Shown piece by piece: positions 1 to 8,734 of a stretch of DNA of 64,000 nt. A program made the position numbers and the translations under genes. The stretch lies in the NCBI GenBank assembly GCA_002431945.1, contig DJET01000048.1, forward strand, positions 446 through 64,445, in the 5' to 3' direction. Positions within the stretch are counted from its first letter, which is position 1, and each line of letters begins with the position of its first letter. The DNA comes from Ruminococcaceae bacterium UBA5891 (lineage in GTDB: Bacteria; Bacillota; Clostridia; Oscillospirales; Acutalibacteraceae). The notes under the pieces are model-generated. The model had not been told where the DNA came from. It searched no databases and saw nothing but the letters and a program-made list of their open reading frames with translations.

Positions 1-8
1 ATAATGGG

Positions 9-1031
9 TTATATTGATTTGCCTTCAAAATTTCCGCTTTTATAAATATCGCAAATAAGTCTTTGAATCTTCAAGGCGTCCCTGCCTGAAATTTCAAGCC
101 TTTCCCTGCCCAATATGCTGTTGTAGAAATTATTGATCTGCATGGCATGCCCGGTTCCCCAATACTCCTTACCCGAAGAATATTTTGCGAGCATTTGCGG
201 GTGATTGCCGCTTCTTTCGGTTTCCCCGTTTGTGTATTTGATCTCGGCTTCATTATAAGAAAGCCTTGCATTGCCGTTTTCACACAAAAGCATTATTTCT
301 ACCTGCTCGTCAATAAGATAGTTATTCGTAGTATAAAAAGAAAGCAATGCGCCGTTTTCATATTTTATCAGGCCCTCGGCAGTATCCTCAACAGCAATAC
401 TTTTGTGATTACGGTTATGCAAAGAAGCCTGAACACAGATCGGATCGCTTCCGATAAACCAGTTTGCCAAATCAAGAGAGTGAATTGCCTGATTTATTAC
501 AACGCCGCCGCCCTCCTTATCCCATGTGCCCTTCCAGTCGGAATCGGCATAGTAATTGTCCTGACGGCACCACGTAAGAATTACGCGCGCGCATTTTACC
601 CTTCCCAGCCTTCCGTTATCGATCCGTTGCTTAACAAAAACCGACGGCGTATTATATCTGCACTGAAAAACCACGCTGTATTTAATATTCAGGCTTTCTG
701 CCGATTGAACGGTCGCCTCGGCCTCTTTATAGCCGATACTCATAGGCTTTTCGGAAATCACGTTTACGCCGTTATTTATAAAATACCGTGCTGCCGGTAT
801 ATGTAAGTAATGGGGTAAGCATAAATGAACCGCGTCTAATTTCTCGTTTAACAGCATATCCCTGTAATCACAGTAAGCCCTGCAGCCGTACAGCGACGCT
901 TTTGCCTCTGCTCTGTCCTTTTTAATATCGCATACGGCAACAATTTCGGATTGAGGAAGCGCCGCCGCAGAATCTAAATGCATACAAGAAATAGAACCGC
1001 ATCCTATTACGGCAACCTTTAATTCAGACAT
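9..1031 (-). CDS. Gfo/Idh/MocA family NAD(P)-dependent oxidoreductase
   Basis: 340-aa ORF. N-terminal Rossmann-type motif VAVIGCGSI and the family EKP motif (VISEKPMS). Last gene of the long minus-strand sugar cluster. Confidence 0.85.
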   Translation of the reverse strand: MSELKVAVIGCGSISCMHLDSAAALPQSEIVAVCDIKKDRAEAKASLYGCRAYCDYRDMLLNEKLDAVHLCLPHYLHIPAARYFINNGVNVISEKPMSIGYKEAEATVQSAESLNIKYSVVFQCRYNTPSVFVKQRIDNGRLGRVKCARVILTWCRQDNYYADSDWKGTWDKEGGGVVINQAIHSLDLANWFIGSDPICVQASLHNRNHKSIAVEDTAEGLIKYENGALLSFYTTNNYLIDEQVEIMLLCENGNARLSYNEAEIKYTNGETERSGNHPQMLAKYSSGKEYWGTGHAMQINNFYNSILGRERLEISGRDALKIQRLICDIYKSGNFEGKSI

Positions 1032-1080
1032 ACATATCCCTGCCTTTTGAATAACCGTTTATAATATATCCCCGCTGTCA

Positions 1081-2259
1081 TTAACACAAATCGGCGTTTG
1101 AGTATACCTGCTTGCCGGAAACCATAACAGTCACCACATTGAAATTTTTATCCAGTATTGTTATATCGGCGTCATATCCGTGCCGCAGACTTCCCTTACT
1201 GCTGAAATTCATTATTTCCGCAGGCGTTTGCGTCATCATTCGCACTGCGTCTGCCACGCTCACCCCTGCCGACTGTACCATATTACGAACCAATCTGTTG
1301 CAAAGAGCAACGCTTCCTGCAAAGGCAGAGCGGTCTAAAAGCTTTGCCACGCCGTCCTCTACAAGAACCTCCAATCCGTTTTTCAAGCCGCCGAGTATAC
1401 TTTTTCCCTCAGGCATACCCGCAGCGCGCATTGAGTCTGTTATCAAGGCAACCTTTGCGGGGCCCTTAATCTTCACAATAAGCTTTAACAGCTCCGGCGG
1501 GAGATGCGCGCCGTCCGCAATAATTTCAACGCTTACGTCGTCATCTAAATAAGCCGCTTCTACAATACCCGCATAGCGATATCCGTTTTTCCTGTGTACG
1601 CTGCTCATACCTGAATATAAATGAGTAATATGGGAAAATCCATCGCCGAAGGCCTTTAACGCACACGTGCACTCCGCGTCGCTGTGGCCTATACTGGCAA
1701 GTATATTCTTTTCCTTCATATACGCTGCAAATTTTTCCGCACCCTCCAATTCGGGCGCCGCGCTCCAGCGTATTACGGAATCTGTACCGTCTAAAATACC
1801 TTTGTACTCCTTTTCATTGAACGGGCGAACATATTTTTCATCCTGAGCGCCCCTCTGCGAAAGAGCAAAATACGGTCCTTCAAAGTGTAATCCGGGCATA
1901 TTTATGATAGTATCATATTCCTTTTTTACTTTTTCAAAGGTTTTTATTGCCTTACGCATATTTTCGGTATCACTGGAGGTAACGGTAGGTACAACGGTAG
2001 TCGCCCCTCCGCTTGCCTGCATTTTTGCCGCGCCCAAAAAGGCTTCGGGCGTATTGTCAAGATAATCATATCCTCCGGCTCCGTGCGTATGTATATCAAT
2101 AAATCCGGGGCAAACATAACAGTTTTTCGCGTCTATTATGCAATCGGCCTTTTCATCGGCAGCTGCGGAGGTTGTGATTTTCCCGTCGCGGAAAACCAAA
2201 TCGCCGTATTTGCACTGTGAATCGGAAACCAAAATACCGTTAATAATTCTTGTCAGCAT
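1081..2259 (-). CDS. nagA: N-acetylglucosamine-6-phosphate deacetylase
   Basis: 392-aa ORF. Amidohydrolase metal site FIDIHTHGAGG and the later SHITHLYSGM and IADGAHL segments, as in NagA. Start abuts or overlaps the stop of the upstream gene at 2259. Confidence 0.85.
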   Translation of the reverse strand: MLTRIINGILVSDSQCKYGDLVFRDGKITTSAAADEKADCIIDAKNCYVCPGFIDIHTHGAGGYDYLDNTPEAFLGAAKMQASGGATTVVPTVTSSDTENMRKAIKTFEKVKKEYDTIINMPGLHFEGPYFALSQRGAQDEKYVRPFNEKEYKGILDGTDSVIRWSAAPELEGAEKFAAYMKEKNILASIGHSDAECTCALKAFGDGFSHITHLYSGMSSVHRKNGYRYAGIVEAAYLDDDVSVEIIADGAHLPPELLKLIVKIKGPAKVALITDSMRAAGMPEGKSILGGLKNGLEVLVEDGVAKLLDRSAFAGSVALCNRLVRNMVQSAGVSVADAVRMMTQTPAEIMNFSSKGSLRHGYDADITILDKNFNVVTVMVSGKQVYSNADLC

Positions 2260-3245
2260 TAGCCATCATTCCTATCGGCTGATTTTTGAATCAGCAATGT
2301 CTGCTCCGCCGAGCGCAGGGTTTCGGTTGTAACGGTACGTTCGGCGGGATTCATTATCTCGTCTACTATATCGTCCAAATAAATTCTGTCGGGCTGCTTA
2401 CCTTTAACAATAACAGGCTCGCTGCCGAGTTTATATAAGGAAACGCCTTCGCTTGCGGCATTAAATGTGATCATACCCTTTTCTCCGCTGATTGCAAAAT
2501 TCCAATATAAGGGTATATTGTATCCGTGATTATCCGGCGTTGCATAAGAAACATCTGCAATTACGCCCGCGCCGTTACTCATTTTCAGCATAAACTGTGC
2601 GCTGTCGCGGAAATGCCTGCATTGCTTTGCATAGAAATTCCAGCAGCGGGCGCCGATAACCGTATCTAAATCACTGCCCGTAAAGCGGCGTACCAAATCA
2701 ACGCCGTGTATGGCAATATCGTTTATAACGCCGCCGTGCTTACCTTTTTCAAAATACCAATCGGGACGAACGCCGTACATCAACGGATGATACCCCTGAA
2801 AGCATATGTTATTGATTTTGCCTATTTCGCCGCTGTCTGTCAGCTCCTTTGCGGCAACAACATTTTTGTTATCCCTTAAATCCAGCATCATTCCAACGGT
2901 GAGCGATTTTTTCTCAGCCAATTCCCTTATTTTCGCAAGCTCGTCTAACCTAGTGCATAAGGGCTTATCGGCTATTACGTGTTTGCCGGCCTCAAGCGCC
3001 TCAATGCATAGTCTGCCCCTATCGGCATAAAATGTTCCCACGGCTACCGCGTCAACCTCTGCCAATAAAGATTTATAGTCGGTATGTGTAACAGCCACAT
3101 TGTTTTTCTCGGCCTCTGCCATTCCTTCGGGAGAATCCTCAAACACACCCGCAACGTCTAAATATTCATTTTGCCGAGCCAAATTATACAAACCGAAGAT
3201 ATGGCCGTGCCTTAGCCCTGCAAATCCTATACGAATTTTTTTCAT
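2259..3245 (-). CDS. Gfo/Idh/MocA family oxidoreductase
   Basis: 328-aa ORF. N-terminal IRIGFAGLRHGH nucleotide-binding region and VIADKPL (EKP-like) motif. Tightly packed between the neighbouring genes. Confidence 0.8.
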   Translation of the reverse strand: MKKIRIGFAGLRHGHIFGLYNLARQNEYLDVAGVFEDSPEGMAEAEKNNVAVTHTDYKSLLAEVDAVAVGTFYADRGRLCIEALEAGKHVIADKPLCTRLDELAKIRELAEKKSLTVGMMLDLRDNKNVVAAKELTDSGEIGKINNICFQGYHPLMYGVRPDWYFEKGKHGGVINDIAIHGVDLVRRFTGSDLDTVIGARCWNFYAKQCRHFRDSAQFMLKMSNGAGVIADVSYATPDNHGYNIPLYWNFAISGEKGMITFNAASEGVSLYKLGSEPVIVKGKQPDRIYLDDIVDEIMNPAERTVTTETLRSAEQTLLIQKSADRNDG

Positions 3246-3249
3246 AACC

Positions 3250-4356
3250 TTACCCTTTTTTTGAAGCTTTAATTTTTTCGTTTAATAATTCCGAAAACCT
3301 TGCCGGATCAAGAGGTAACGTAACCTTTTGCTCGGTCCATGCAGACACATAAATTGCATTTGCCAATTCAACCTCGTGTATTCCGTCGGCTCCCGGAGCT
3401 ATCAATGGCTCGCCGAACAGTATTGCATTAACAAAGTTTTGCGTTATATTTTGGTGCTTCATTTGTCCCTTCAACGGGGGTACCGTACACTCCCAAAATT
3501 CAGGCTTATCCATTACATCTTTATTATTCCTGTTATATTCGCGTTCGGACTGAACGTTTCTGAAAAACCTGATTTGTCCGCCTTCAAGAACAAGCTTACC
3601 CATATCGGCAGATATTTCAAGCCTGTTTGTTCCGGGGGTTTCGCCCGTTGACGCAATATAAACGCAGGAAAACGTAGGATATTTCAATATTGCGGTAGCT
3701 TCGTCATCAACCTCAATGTCATAATATTTACCGAATTCGGCAGTTGCCGTAACGCTTTCCGGAAGACCGAAAATCCATTGAATCAAATCTAAATTATGGG
3801 GACTTTGGTTAACCAAAACCCCTCCTCCCTCGCCCTTCCAGGAAGAGCGCCATGCCGAAGAATTATGATAAGCCTGCGGGCGGTACCAATCGGTTGCTAT
3901 CCAATTTACCCGCTTAATGCCGCCCAACTCTCCGCTTTGAACAAGCTTTTTGATCTTGCGGAAGTAGGGATCGGTCCTGACGCAGAACATTGATGAAAAC
4001 ACCTTGCCGCTCTCTTCGGCGGCTTTATTCATTTCAGCAACATTTTCTGCGTAAATTCCTACCGGCTTTTCCACAATTACATGCATATTATGCCTTAAGG
4101 CGTATGTAGCTATGATCGGATGCAAATAATGAGGAACCGCTATTATAACGGCGTCTGCTTCACCTGACCCGATCAGATCCTCATAATTCAGATAGCCCTT
4201 TATTTCGGGGTGATTTTTACAAAACGTATTTACCTTGTTTTGTTCTATATCACAAACGCAAGTCAATTCGGCGTTTTTAATTTCACCGTTAAGCAAATAA
4301 TTGGCATGCCCCGTACCCATACTTCCTATTCCTATTACGCCTATTCTTACAACCAT
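3250..4356 (-). CDS. Gfo/Idh/MocA family oxidoreductase
   Basis: 368-aa ORF. IGVIGIGSMGTGH Rossmann motif, VIVEKPV motif, and a C-terminal GGGVLVNQSPHNLD segment typical of the family. Confidence 0.85.
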   Translation of the reverse strand: MVVRIGVIGIGSMGTGHANYLLNGEIKNAELTCVCDIEQNKVNTFCKNHPEIKGYLNYEDLIGSGEADAVIIAVPHYLHPIIATYALRHNMHVIVEKPVGIYAENVAEMNKAAEESGKVFSSMFCVRTDPYFRKIKKLVQSGELGGIKRVNWIATDWYRPQAYHNSSAWRSSWKGEGGGVLVNQSPHNLDLIQWIFGLPESVTATAEFGKYYDIEVDDEATAILKYPTFSCVYIASTGETPGTNRLEISADMGKLVLEGGQIRFFRNVQSEREYNRNNKDVMDKPEFWECTVPPLKGQMKHQNITQNFVNAILFGEPLIAPGADGIHEVELANAIYVSAWTEQKVTLPLDPARFSELLNEKIKASKKG

Positions 4357-4390
4357 TAAAAACCTCTCCTAACCTTTAATTACGCAGTAA

Positions 4391-5158
4391 TTATTTATTG
4401 TTTAACAAAGAACTGCTGTCATTATCACAGTATAAAACCGAATTTTTCTTTGTTCTTAAAATGCCGGCGGGGCATTTTTCCGAAATATTTGAATATAAGG
4501 TTTCATAAACCGCCTTTGCCTTTGTCGGTCCGGGCACCACGCAAAAGCGGTATTTGGCAGCCATCATAACCGGTATTGTTAAGGTCATTGCGTACTTCGG
4601 TACATCATCTATGCTTGCAAAGCAGCCGTCATTTACCTGCTGCATACGGCACACCGCGTCCAGATCCACCACCTTGACCGCAGCCTTATCGTTAAAATCC
4701 GCAACATGAGGGTCATTAAACGCTATATGTCCGTTTTCGCCTATGCCCATACAAACTATATCGCAGGGATTATTGTAAAGCAGCTTTGAATAGCGCCTGC
4801 ATTCAGCTTCGCTGTCAATTACATCTGCGTTCAGGCAGTTAACCGACTTAAACGGTTTAATATCAAATATATGTGCCCTTAAATAGTTGCTGAAGCACTG
4901 CGGCGCGTCGCTTTTTAAGCCCACATACTCATCCATATGAAATGCATTTATGCGTTTCCAATCTATCCCTTTTTCGTCGCACAGGTATTTTAACATTTCA
5001 TTCTGAGAAGGCGCCGCTGCAAATATCATATTTACAACGGGCTGCTTTTCAAGCAGCGCTTTAATACATTCAGCAATATCGGAAGCAGCAGCACGGCCCA
5101 TATCGTCTCTGCTTTCATATTTTTTTATTTCCAAGTCATCTATTTTGAAACTATACAT
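4391..5158 (-). CDS. nagB: Glucosamine-6-phosphate deaminase/isomerase family protein (NagB-like)
   Basis: 255-aa ORF. MGIGENGHIAFNDP matches the NagB/6-phosphogluconolactonase-superfamily active-site segment. Lies in a cluster with nagA. Confidence 0.75.
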   Translation of the reverse strand: MYSFKIDDLEIKKYESRDDMGRAAASDIAECIKALLEKQPVVNMIFAAAPSQNEMLKYLCDEKGIDWKRINAFHMDEYVGLKSDAPQCFSNYLRAHIFDIKPFKSVNCLNADVIDSEAECRRYSKLLYNNPCDIVCMGIGENGHIAFNDPHVADFNDKAAVKVVDLDAVCRMQQVNDGCFASIDDVPKYAMTLTIPVMMAAKYRFCVVPGPTKAKAVYETLYSNISEKCPAGILRTKKNSVLYCDNDSSSLLNNK

Positions 5159-5214
5159 AGAAAAATCCTCTTAATTTCATAATTTGATTTATACAATAAA
5201 GCGCTTCCGACAGG

Positions 5215-6870
5215 CTATATCACCACGCTCAGCCTTTCGTTGATACGCTTACGCATATTAATTAAAACCTGCGGATCGTCAACACATATATTGCAGGTGA
5301 TTTCCCTGCCGTACTCCTCCTCCAAAAGCTTTACAACGGCGTCGTGGCCTATTTTGCTCTCAAGCAGCTTTGCGGCGCGCAGATCCTGCAGCGCTTCGGC
5401 AAATACGGTCATTCTCAGCGAATGCTCCGGTCCGTAGCTTTCGGGGTAAACGGAAAATGCGTCTCCGGCAGGAAAGGCTCCGTCCGCGTCGTTTTCACAA
5501 AACGGATTTATAAGTCTTTTTGAAAGCTGAGAATAATAAAAGTTATATCCCCAATGCAAAAACAGCTTTACGCCGAATTTGAAAATCTGAAATCCGATAA
5601 ATCGGTTTCTGCAAGACGGCATACTGATCAAACGGTTACTCACGCCGAGAACGTCGCCGCTGCAATAATAAACGCCGCATTGCTTAACGCCCCGCTCAAC
5701 AAAGCTTTTCATAGCGCTGATAGATACGATCGGGAATTCGGTTATTCCCTTTTCATAGTATTCGTAATGGGAAAGAGCGTCGATAATAGGTCTGCCTTCT
5801 ATTAAGGGTTCTATAATTTTCTTTGCCGCAAGATAACCCTCAAGCTGTTCATCATTCGGTTCATCGGAAATATGGAAAAAGGTTTTTTCAAAAACGCCCT
5901 CCTCCTTTAAAACGCTTAAAAGACAGGGAATCATTTTTTTCAAAAACAGCTTGTATGAATCGTCTGTTGCGGCAACCTTCCAGCCGAACATTGTTTGTTT
6001 TTTGCCGTTAACCGTGTTTTCTATATGCGGAGCGTATTTTGCGCCCCACTGCGAGAACATATGGCACATTTCAAAATATTCTATGCCGCACGACAGGCAC
6101 ATTCTTATCCAACGGCGCAGCTTTTCAAAGCCGAATGTGTATCCGCCGTTTTCGCAGTATACGTCTATAAGCTGAAAGCTTACGGGACGCCTGCCGCCTA
6201 TATTCGTATCAAGCGGCAAATTAAACAACGGAGTCAGGATCATATTGATGCCGTAGTCCACAGCGGTTTTAATGTATTTTTCAATCATAGACCAAAGCTC
6301 TTCGCTGTCATCCTCAAAGCCGTAATAGCCCTTAATGCAATCGGCATAAAGCCATTGAGTGCAAAGCAGCTCCTGATGCGGCAGAACCGCATTCATAACA
6401 TTTACTTCCATTACAGACGTAAGTACCGTCGGATCCGGTAAGGCTTTACTGCCGTTATCTTTAAATTCCTTAAATTTCACCTTTATTTTGTGTTTACCCG
6501 CAGGCACTGCCAGATCGGATTCGATCCATAAAGACTTGTAATAAATATTTGCCGTTAAAATACCGCTTTTATTGGGAATCAGTCTGTCAGGCAGAACCGC
6601 CGCCTCGTGACAAATGTAATTTGCGTCGTTCATTCCCTCAGGCGAGGTTGTAAGCTGCACAGCCATATTCCCCACGTCGTAAATTTTTAAATGCTCGGTT
6701 ATATCCGATTCTATTGTAAAGCTGTACTTTTCGGTATAGCTTGCCTTATAGGCTATCTGAAAGGTAAAGCGCTCGCCGCCCAATACTTCAATTTCTCCGA
6801 TAGGCACTGCGCTGCATTCACTCTTCGGCAATACCTTTTCAAGGGAAGATAACTGAATTATTTCCAACAT
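5215..6870 (-). CDS. DUF4091-type glycoside-hydrolase-like protein (possibly GH123-like beta-N-acetylhexosaminidase)
   Basis: 551-aa cytoplasmic ORF with no signal peptide. The family was recognised from overall sequence character only. Context is between the ABC permeases and the amino-sugar catabolic genes. Confidence 0.5.
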   Translation of the reverse strand: MLEIIQLSSLEKVLPKSECSAVPIGEIEVLGGERFTFQIAYKASYTEKYSFTIESDITEHLKIYDVGNMAVQLTTSPEGMNDANYICHEAAVLPDRLIPNKSGILTANIYYKSLWIESDLAVPAGKHKIKVKFKEFKDNGSKALPDPTVLTSVMEVNVMNAVLPHQELLCTQWLYADCIKGYYGFEDDSEELWSMIEKYIKTAVDYGINMILTPLFNLPLDTNIGGRRPVSFQLIDVYCENGGYTFGFEKLRRWIRMCLSCGIEYFEMCHMFSQWGAKYAPHIENTVNGKKQTMFGWKVAATDDSYKLFLKKMIPCLLSVLKEEGVFEKTFFHISDEPNDEQLEGYLAAKKIIEPLIEGRPIIDALSHYEYYEKGITEFPIVSISAMKSFVERGVKQCGVYYCSGDVLGVSNRLISMPSCRNRFIGFQIFKFGVKLFLHWGYNFYYSQLSKRLINPFCENDADGAFPAGDAFSVYPESYGPEHSLRMTVFAEALQDLRAAKLLESKIGHDAVVKLLEEEYGREITCNICVDDPQVLINMRKRINERLSVVI

Positions 6871-6882
6871 AAAATATTTCCC

Positions 6883-7821
6883 CTATCCTACAATTCCTAC
6901 GCGGTCAATACTTTTAATAAACTGCTTTTGCAAAACGGCATACAATATAAGCACCGGCAATATAAAAATCAAGCATGCCGCCATGGTAAGACCGCGGTTA
7001 TCATCTAATCCCCCGCTTGCAGCCGATGTATTAAGAAGCGACAATTGAACCGACAACGGGTAGTTATCTTCAAAATACAGCACCGAATAATAATACTCGT
7101 TCCAATGCCACACAACCGAAAATATAAACACTGTCAGTATGGCAACCTTGCTTGACGGAAGTATAACCCGTAAAAAGGTTTGCAGCGGTCCTGCGCCGTC
7201 AATTGCGGCGGCTTCTTCAAATTCCTTCGGCAGCCCCTTAAAAAACTGGCGGTAAATAAATATAAACAAGCCCGAATTCAGCCCTACCCCAAAAACAGAA
7301 GGCAGATAAAATACCAAACCGCTGTCAAGCAGATTGGGCTTAAGCATTTTACCGGTAAGCTTTCCGATAAGGCCTAAAATACCGAATATATCAAACCTTG
7401 CATAGTTTAAATACATAGGAACCGCTATCATCTGAGCGGGAACGGCAATGGTCAGAAGCACCATCGCAAACAGCAGCTTTTTACCGAAAAAATTATATCT
7501 TGCCAGGCCGTAAGCCGCTATTGCGCAGGAAAGCACCTCCAATATGCCGCTTATCAGCTGAATGGAAACCGTGTTGAAGACCGATTTGCCGTATTGCAAT
7601 ACCTTAGCCGCGTCTTTAATATGCTGTAATGTATAATTTTTAGAAAGCCAAACAACGCCGGGATCGGTTAAGTCGACCGTATCGCGAAAGGCATATGTAA
7701 AAATATAAAACAGCTGAAACATTACAATATAGCTTACGGTAATAAGAAAGAAATAACGGAAAACATTTGCAGATAAAGCCGCAAGCTTTTTTCTTTTTTT
7801 AATTCGGGATAAATTATCCAT
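6883..7821 (-). CDS. Carbohydrate ABC transporter permease (CUT1, MalG-like)
   Basis: Multi-TM ORF with EAA loop EAAAIDGAGPLQTFLRVILP. I moved the start to ATG 7821 (MDNLSRIKK), which follows RBS GGAAGGA just after the upstream stop. The ORF-track start at 7878 would overlap the upstream gene. Confidence 0.85.
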   Translation of the reverse strand: MDNLSRIKKRKKLAALSANVFRYFFLITVSYIVMFQLFYIFTYAFRDTVDLTDPGVVWLSKNYTLQHIKDAAKVLQYGKSVFNTVSIQLISGILEVLSCAIAAYGLARYNFFGKKLLFAMVLLTIAVPAQMIAVPMYLNYARFDIFGILGLIGKLTGKMLKPNLLDSGLVFYLPSVFGVGLNSGLFIFIYRQFFKGLPKEFEEAAAIDGAGPLQTFLRVILPSSKVAILTVFIFSVVWHWNEYYYSVLYFEDNYPLSVQLSLLNTSAASGGLDDNRGLTMAACLIFILPVLILYAVLQKQFIKSIDRVGIVG

Positions 7822-7831
7822 TATTCCTTCC

Positions 7832-8734
7832 TCACTCCCATTTCTTAAATATCTTTTTATTGATAAGCAGCAGCACAATGCCGAAAAGTATACCTATACC
7901 GGCAAAAAACAGCCACATCATAGCGGAGCTTTGTCCGTAATTCTGATCATCGGTCAAAACCGTATATGCCTGCTTCATAACCTTGTTGGATTCGCCCATA
8001 CAAAAGTCAATGGCCGTAAAGCAGAGAACCAGATTTATTGTTGTACTCATCATCGGTGTGGTTATATACCAAAATTCTTCCCATTTAGTTGCGCCCTCCA
8101 CCTTTGAAACCTCATACAGCTGCTCCGGAATAGACTGAAGACCGGAAATAAACAGCACGATCTGAATACCGCTGTTCCAAACAAGGTTGAAAATATCTTC
8201 AACATATCCGAAAATAATGTTGCCGATATTTTGCGGAATTCCAAGGTCGTTAAATACCTCATTAAAATCTATAAGACCGCTTAAATAAATGCTGCTGCTT
8301 TCCGCGCCGCGCATAGCCTCCATAACAGGATCGCCCTTAATGTACTGCATAACAACGCCGGTTGTAATAATAACGGGAACAAAAAATATCGAACGGAAAA
8401 AGGCTCTCCCCCTGAATTTTCCGTTAAGCACAACGGCAACAATATAACTTAGTATAAATATTATCGGGATCTGATAAAGGAATGCGGTTACGGAATCTCC
8501 TATATTGTCTACATACATTGCGGATTCAAACAATATATATCGGTATTCCTCAAGTCCGAGAAATTCCATTTTCAAACCTGTTTCGGTCATACTCACCCTT
8601 GAAAACGAAAACAGAAACGATTGAAGCAAGGGCTTTGCAAAGAATAGTAAAAAACCGATTATCCACGGAACCATAAACAAAAAACCGTATATTTTCTTTT
8701 TTTGTTCATAGCTTGTTTTATATAGCTTTTTCAT
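7832..8734 (-). CDS. Sugar ABC transporter permease (CUT1, MalF-like)
   Basis: 300-aa multi-TM ORF with EAA-like loop EVSKVEGATKWEEFWYITTP. There is a 4-nt overlap with the upstream gene. Confidence 0.85.
   Translation of the reverse strand: MKKLYKTSYEQKKKIYGFLFMVPWIIGFLLFFAKPLLQSFLFSFSRVSMTETGLKMEFLGLEEYRYILFESAMYVDNIGDSVTAFLYQIPIIFILSYIVAVVLNGKFRGRAFFRSIFFVPVIITTGVVMQYIKGDPVMEAMRGAESSSIYLSGLIDFNEVFNDLGIPQNIGNIIFGYVEDIFNLVWNSGIQIVLFISGLQSIPEQLYEVSKVEGATKWEEFWYITTPMMSTTINLVLCFTAIDFCMGESNKVMKQAYTVLTDDQNYGQSSAMMWLFFAGIGILFGIVLLLINKKIFKKWE

Noticed and set aside
147-806. 219-aa plus-strand ORF. I treated the similar long antisense ORFs at 5995-6441, 32269-32778, 34778-35215, 43752-44393 and 47779-48285 the same way.
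   Set aside because: Each lies entirely antisense to a CDS with strong family motifs. Their translations are Arg/Ile/Phe-rich and motif-free, and none has an RBS. They look like typical shadow ORFs.
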